From: Bacillus subtilis subsp. subtilis str. 168 | GTDB lineage: Bacteria > Bacillota > Bacilli > Bacillales > Bacillaceae | Reading direction: 5' to 3' | DNA length: 32,000 nt | Assembly: GCF_000009045.1 (NCBI RefSeq) | Contig: NC_000964.3 | Span: 1,680,001 to 1,712,000, forward strand | Part shown: positions 26,600-32,000 of the stretch, in pieces | How positions within the stretch are numbered: the stretch's first letter is position 1 | How the letters are laid out: the number at the start of each line of letters is the position of its first letter | The notes under the pieces: model-generated | Told to the model about the DNA's origin: nothing | The model's input: only the letters and a program-made list of their open reading frames with translations | The model's database searches: none | Position numbers and translations under genes: made by a program

Positions 26600-27681
26600 T
26601 GAAGCTTAGAGTTGACCTGCAGTTTTTTGCGGGAGAGAAGACAGAAAAAGCCACTCCGAAAAAACGGAAGGATACGCGAAAAAAAGGGCAGGTAGCCAAA
26701 AGCTCGGATGTCAATACCGCCGTTTCTTTACTGGTAATATTCCTTTCGCTTATTGCAATTGGTCCGTATATGAGAGACAGGCTGCTGTCATTCATAGAAA
26801 CATTTTATACCGAATCGCTCACAATGAAGCTCTCAGAATCAAATGTGCATACATTGTTTGTCAGCTTATTAAAGGATATGGGCATGATACTCGCACCGAT
26901 CTTGCTTGTTGCTCTTGTTGCAGGAGTCGTAAGCAACTATATGCAGGTTGGGTTCTTGTTTTCTGCTGAAGTGATACAGCCTAAGCTTGAAAAACTGGAT
27001 CCGATCAAAGGCTTTAAACGAATATACAGTATGAGGGCGATTGTAGAGCTGATTAAATCAATTTTGAAAATCGTAGTCGTCGGTTTTGCGGCTTTTGCTG
27101 TGCTTTGGCTGCATTATGGAGAAATTCTCCGGCTTCCTCTCCTGACACCCGAAGAGGCACTTTCTTTCGTTTCAAAACTCACTTTGTGGATGGGACTAAG
27201 CGGTGCAGGTGCATTGTTGATTCTTGCTGGTCTCGACTATTTATATCAGAGATTTGACTATGAGAAAAATATCAAAATGTCAAAACAAGATATAAAAGAT
27301 GAGTACAAAAAATCTGAAGGAGACCCGATTATCAAGTCTAAAATTAAACAAAGACAGCGGGAAATGGCGATGAGGCGGATGATGCAGGAAGTTCCAAAAG
27401 CAGATGTCATTATCACAAACCCGACTCACTATGCGATTGCTTTGAAATATGATGAAGAAAAAATGGACGCACCTTATATTGTTGCAAAAGGCGTCGACCA
27501 CCTTGCGTTAAAAATCAGGAAAATTGCTAAAGAGCATGATGTCATGATGGTAGAAAACAGACCGCTTGCCCGTGCGTTATATGATCAAGTGGAAATTGAC
27601 CAGGCAGTGCCGGAAGAATTTTTTAAAGTTTTAGCAGAAATTCTGGCTTACGTATATAAAACAAAACAAAAAGTATATTGA
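26599..27681 (+). CDS. flhB: Flagellar type III export switch protein FlhB
   Basis: 360 aa. Starts DLQFFAGEKTEKATPKKRKDTRKKGQVAKS, has four TM segments and the autocleavage motif NPTH at nt 27418-27429. Confidence 0.97.
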   Translation: MKLRVDLQFFAGEKTEKATPKKRKDTRKKGQVAKSSDVNTAVSLLVIFLSLIAIGPYMRDRLLSFIETFYTESLTMKLSESNVHTLFVSLLKDMGMILAPILLVALVAGVVSNYMQVGFLFSAEVIQPKLEKLDPIKGFKRIYSMRAIVELIKSILKIVVVGFAAFAVLWLHYGEILRLPLLTPEEALSFVSKLTLWMGLSGAGALLILAGLDYLYQRFDYEKNIKMSKQDIKDEYKKSEGDPIIKSKIKQRQREMAMRRMMQEVPKADVIITNPTHYAIALKYDEEKMDAPYIVAKGVDHLALKIRKIAKEHDVMMVENRPLARALYDQVEIDQAVPEEFFKVLAEILAYVYKTKQKVY

Positions 27682-27713
27682 ATTTTTCGATTTAAAAGGA
27701 GAGAAAAAACAGC

Positions 27714-29747
27714 ATGTCAACAAGAGATTTATCCGTTTTAATAAGTGTTGTCCTCATTGTGGCGATGCTGGTGATTCCATTTCCTCCATGGCTGTTAAGT
27801 ATTTTGATCATTATTAATATTTCTCTTGCGTTGATCGTGCTTCTCACCACAATGAATATGCAGGAAGCGCTTCAGTTTTCGATTTTTCCGTCACTGTTGC
27901 TGCTTTTGACCCTATTTCGTTTGGGCTTGAACGTCTCAACTACCCGTTCAATTCTTTCACACGGTGAGGGAGGTAAAGTCGTCGAGACTTTCGGAAATTT
28001 CGTTGTCGGCGGAAATGTATTAGTTGGACTCGTTGTATTTATCATCCTTATTATTATTCAGTTTATCGTCATTACAAAAGGTGCTGAACGTGTTTCCGAG
28101 GTTGCAGCAAGGTTTACGCTGGACGCAATGCCGGGGAAGCAGATGAGTATTGATGCTGATTTAAACGCAGGGATGATTACCGAACAGGAAGCGAAGCATC
28201 GCCGCGAAAAAGTGGCAAGAGAAGCAGACTTTTATGGAGCAATGGACGGTGCCAGTAAATTTGTAAAAGGTGACGCCATTGCCGGAATCATCATTGTGAT
28301 GATCAATATTATTTTCGGAATCGTGATCGGAATGCTTCAGCAGGGCATGTCCATTCAAGAAGCTGCTTCACACTTTACGATGCTGACTGTAGGGGATGGA
28401 ATTGTTTCGCAAATCCCGGCACTGTTAATTTCTACGGCTACGGGTATTGTGGTCACAAGAGCTGCATCTGAAGGAAACTTAGGGCATGACATTACAGGCC
28501 AGCTGTTTGCGTATCCAAAGCTTTTATACGTCGCAGCAGCTACGATCATGCTTTTAGGTATTTTCACTCCGATCGGCATCCTTCTGACGGGGCCGCTTGC
28601 GGGATTGCTTGCTTTTGGCGCATATACACTATCTAAATCAGGTAAGGAAAAAGAAGAAGTGGATGAGATTCTTGAGGAAGAGGCTGAGGTGGACGAGCTT
28701 AAAAGCCCTGAAAGTGTTGTTCAGCTTCTGCATATAGATCCGATAGAATTTGAGTTTGGATATGGCCTGATACCGCTTGCTGATGCCAATCAAGGCGGTG
28801 ATTTATTAGACCGAATTGTTATGATACGCCGTCAGTTGGCTTTGGAACTCGGGCTTGTCATTCCTGTCGTGCGAATCAGAGATAATATAGCGTTGCAGCC
28901 TAATGAATACCGATTGAAAATTAAAGGAAACGAAGTAGCAAAAGGCGAGCTGTTGCTTGATCATTATTTAGCGATGTCGCCTACTCCTGAGGACGATCTC
29001 ATTGAAGGGATTGAAACAGTGGAGCCTTCATTCGGACTGCCGGCTAAATGGATTAGCGAAGCGGTAAAGGATGAAGCCGACATGCTTGGTTATACAGTAG
29101 TTGATCCTGCATCAGTCGTTTCAACGCATATTACGGAGAAAATTAAGCAGCATGCCCACGAATTGATCGGAAGGCAGGAGACAAAACAGCTGATCGATCA
29201 CTTGAAAGAATCGTATCCAGTCCTGGTTGAAGAGGTTACGCCGAATCCATTGTCTGTCGGTGATATTCAGAAAGTGCTTGCTAAGCTTTTAAAAGAAAAA
29301 GTTTCAATTCGAAACTTAGTAACGATTTTTGAAACACTTGCTGACTATGGGAAATTAACAACAGATTCTGATCTCTTGACAGAGTATACAAGACAAGCGC
29401 TTGCTAAACAAATTACAGCCCAGTTTGCCAAAGAAAATGAAGTGTTGAAGGTTGTTACTTGTTCCGGCCGTGTAGAAAAAGCAATAGCAGACGGTGTGCA
29501 GCAGACGGAACACGGGAACTATTTATCACTTGAACCAGATATTTCAGAAAGTATAGTGCGCTCTGTCGCCAAAGAAGCTGAACAGCTCTCATTACGTCAG
29601 GAAACCGCGATTCTTCTTTGCTCGCCGCCTGTCAGAATGTATGTGAAGCAGCTACTGGAACGGTACTTCCCTGATCTTCCGGTACTCTCTTATAACGAAC
29701 TTGAGGCGAATGTTGAGGTACAAAGCATTGGAGTGGTGGATATTTAA
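27714..29747 (+). CDS. flhA: Flagellar type III export gate protein FlhA
   Basis: 677 aa, FHIPEP family. Contains FPSLLLLLTLFRLGLNVSTTRSIL, RFTLDAMPGKQMSIDADLNAG and a large cytoplasmic C-terminal domain. Confidence 0.97.
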   Translation: MSTRDLSVLISVVLIVAMLVIPFPPWLLSILIIINISLALIVLLTTMNMQEALQFSIFPSLLLLLTLFRLGLNVSTTRSILSHGEGGKVVETFGNFVVGGNVLVGLVVFIILIIIQFIVITKGAERVSEVAARFTLDAMPGKQMSIDADLNAGMITEQEAKHRREKVAREADFYGAMDGASKFVKGDAIAGIIIVMINIIFGIVIGMLQQGMSIQEAASHFTMLTVGDGIVSQIPALLISTATGIVVTRAASEGNLGHDITGQLFAYPKLLYVAAATIMLLGIFTPIGILLTGPLAGLLAFGAYTLSKSGKEKEEVDEILEEEAEVDELKSPESVVQLLHIDPIEFEFGYGLIPLADANQGGDLLDRIVMIRRQLALELGLVIPVVRIRDNIALQPNEYRLKIKGNEVAKGELLLDHYLAMSPTPEDDLIEGIETVEPSFGLPAKWISEAVKDEADMLGYTVVDPASVVSTHITEKIKQHAHELIGRQETKQLIDHLKESYPVLVEEVTPNPLSVGDIQKVLAKLLKEKVSIRNLVTIFETLADYGKLTTDSDLLTEYTRQALAKQITAQFAKENEVLKVVTCSGRVEKAIADGVQQTEHGNYLSLEPDISESIVRSVAKEAEQLSLRQETAILLCSPPVRMYVKQLLERYFPDLPVLSYNELEANVEVQSIGVVDI

Positions 29748-30847
29748 TGAAAATAAAAAAATTTACTGCTGCTTCAATGCAAGAAGCGGCACTTCTCATC
29801 AGAAAAGAGTTAGGTAATGAAGCGGTCATATTAAATTCGAAAAAAATTAAAAAGCGAAAATGGTTTGGCCTCGTCAACAAGCCTGCTGTTGAAGTAATCG
29901 CCGTATTGGATCAGGACTTTCTTGAGAAAAAAACGCCTCAGAAGGCAGCTGAACCGAAACAAACATTAAAAACTCCGGTCAGCAGTCCAAAAATAGAGGA
30001 GAGAACATATCCCCCTCAAATTCCGGCGCAACAGGAGCTAGGTGATTTTTCAGCATATCAATCTGTACTTCCTGAGCCGCTGCGAAAAGCAGAAAAGCTT
30101 TTGCAAGAAACAGGGATCAAAGAGTCTACGAAAACGAACACTCTGAAAAAATTGCTTCGCTTCTCTGTTGAAGCAGGCGGCTTGACTGAAGAAAATGTTG
30201 TCGGCAAACTTCAGGAAATACTATGCGATATGCTGCCCTCAGCAGACAAGTGGCAGGAGCCAATTCATTCAAAATATATCGTTCTCTTTGGTTCAACAGG
30301 GGCTGGTAAAACAACTACACTGGCTAAACTCGCAGCCATATCTATGCTTGAAAAACATAAAAAAATCGCTTTTATTACAACAGATACGTATCGTATTGCA
30401 GCTGTTGAACAGTTGAAAACATACGCTGAACTGCTGCAGGCTCCTCTGGAAGTTTGCTATACAAAAGAAGAATTTCAGCAGGCGAAGGAGCTATTTTCTG
30501 AGTATGATCATGTGTTTGTTGATACAGCTGGAAGAAACTTCAAAGACCCGCAATACATTGATGAACTGAAAGAAACGATTCCTTTTGAGAGCAGCATTCA
30601 GTCATTTCTTGTTTTATCCGCGACTGCAAAATATGAAGATATGAAGCATATTGTCAAACGGTTTTCATCCGTCCCTGTCAATCAGTATATTTTTACGAAA
30701 ATAGATGAAACGACTTCCTTAGGTTCTGTATTTAATATACTGGCAGAATCAAAAATAGGTGTCGGGTTTATGACTAACGGCCAGAATGTGCCTGAGGATA
30801 TACAGACTGTATCTCCACTTGGTTTTGTGAGGATGCTGTGCAGATGA
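29747..30847 (+). CDS. flhF: SRP-type flagellar GTPase FlhF
   Basis: 366 aa. Basic/unstructured B-domain followed by an NG domain with [15 protein letters not shown] (G1), DTAGR (G3) and TKIDET (G4). The start overlaps the flhA stop (TAATG). Confidence 0.96.
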
Positions 30848-31734
30848 ACAGATATGACCAAGCAGCAACTTTACGGGCGAAAATGGAAAAACGTGAGCGC
30901 GTTCTGCCAATGGTTTATTCACAAAAAGCGAAGACACTTGCTGTCATCAGCGGCAAGGGCGGTGTCGGAAAATCCAATATTACCTTAAATATGGCACTTG
31001 CGCTGCAGGATAAAGGTAAGAAGGTGCTGCTCATCGACCTTGATATCGGGATGGGGAACATTGATATATTAATAGGAAATTCATCGTCTGCCACGATAAT
31101 CGATGTTTTAACCGATCGTAAGCCTTTGCTGCAGTCATTATCCGTTGGCCCAAAGGGTTTGCGGTATATATCAGGGGGAACCGGTCTTGATGTGATGTTT
31201 CAGCTCGATCAGAGAAAATGGACGTTTTTTGCCAATGAACTTTCTCATGCATTAAGCCAGTTCGATTATGTGCTGTTTGACATGGGAGCAGGCTTATCAA
31301 AAGATCAACTGCCTTTTATTTTATCAGCAGAAGATATTTTGATTATTACAACTCCCGAGCCGACGGCCATTATGGACGCATACAGCGCTGTCAAGCACTT
31401 GGTTTTGACAGAAAATAAGCTTTCAATGAAGGTGGCTGTCAATCGGTGCCGTGACCAAAAGGAAGGGCTTGACGCTTTTGCCCGCCTCTCCCGTACAATT
31501 CATATGTTTTTGGATGTTCAGGTTCAGTTTGCCGGTTCCGTTTCTGACGATGTGATCGTGAGCAAAGCGGTTGTCGAACAGGTTCCTTTTTTCATAAAAA
31601 GCCCTCAGGCAAAAGCCAGCCGGTCAGTCCGTATTTTAGCGGACGCCTTGTTTGAAAGAGAAGAAACGAGACACAAAGAAGACAAACAGACATTTATTGA
31701 GAAATTATCTTCTTTTTTAATGAGGAGGGCTTAA
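30838..31734 (+). CDS. flhG: MinD/ParA-type flagellar number/placement ATPase FlhG (YlxH)
   Basis: 298 aa. Deviant Walker [12 protein letters not shown]-terminal DQAATLR motif and a C-terminal amphipathic tail [13 protein letters not shown]. Overlaps flhF by 10 nt. Confidence 0.95.
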
Positions 31735-31735
31735 T

Positions 31736-32000
31736 TTGATTCGTGTGCTTGTAGTTGATGATTCAGCTTTTATGAGAAAAATGATAAGTGATTTTCTGAC
31801 CGAAGAAAAGCAGATAGAAGTAATCGGAACTGCGAGAAACGGAGAAGAAGCGCTTAAGAAGATTGAATTATTAAAACCGGATGTTATTACTCTTGATGTT
31901 GAAATGCCGGTCATGAATGGGACAGATACGCTCCGCAAAATTATTGAGATTTATAACTTGCCGGTCATTATGGTGTCTAGCCAGACCGAGAAAGGTAAAG
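31736..32000 (+). CDS. cheB: Chemotaxis protein-glutamate methylesterase CheB (5' part only, runs off the window)
   Basis: Absent from the ORF track because there is no stop in the window. TTG 31736 is preceded by GGAGGG at 31724-31729. Translation is MIRVLVVDDSAFMRKMISDFLTEEKQIEVIGTARNGEEALKKIELLKPDVITLDVEMPVMNGTDTLRKII..., a receiver domain in the known position after flhG. Confidence 0.9.
   Translation, partial: MIRVLVVDDSAFMRKMISDFLTEEKQIEVIGTARNGEEALKKIELLKPDVITLDVEMPVMNGTDTLRKIIEIYNLPVIMVSSQTEKGK

Overview
I recognise this window from memory of the protein sequences (no search was possible) as colinear with the well-studied Bacillus subtilis 168-type chromosome. It holds ylqH (5'-truncated), sucC, sucD, dprA (smf), topA, trmFO (gid) and the codV-clpQ-clpY-codY operon. 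A 373-nt AT-rich regulatory spacer follows, then the first 26 genes of the fla/che flagellar/chemotaxis operon, from flgB to flhG, plus the 5' end of cheB running off the right edge. Every supported gene is on the + strand and packing is tight, with many overlapping stop/start junctions in fla/che. I see no rRNA, tRNA, CRISPR array, transposase or integrase cassette (CodV is the chromosomal XerC-type recombinase), and no obvious compositional break. All minus-strand ORFs in the track lie inside + strand genes and look like shadow ORFs. Several track ORFs start too far upstream (sucC, topA, clpY, fliE, fliM, fliY, fliQ, fliR); I moved those starts to codons with a properly spaced Shine-Dalgarno. 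I do not find evidence for a previously undescribed system, because this is conserved, heavily characterised core genome. The second-look items are small-scale. They are a hairpin between flgE and swrD that may bridge a distant SD to the swrD start codon, an 8-bp inverted repeat and a CodY-box-like site in the fla/che control region, an ambiguous fliH start, two poorly characterised genes (ylqH, a stand-alone FlhB C-terminal domain paralog, and ylxF), and the absence of promoter space upstream of dprA.
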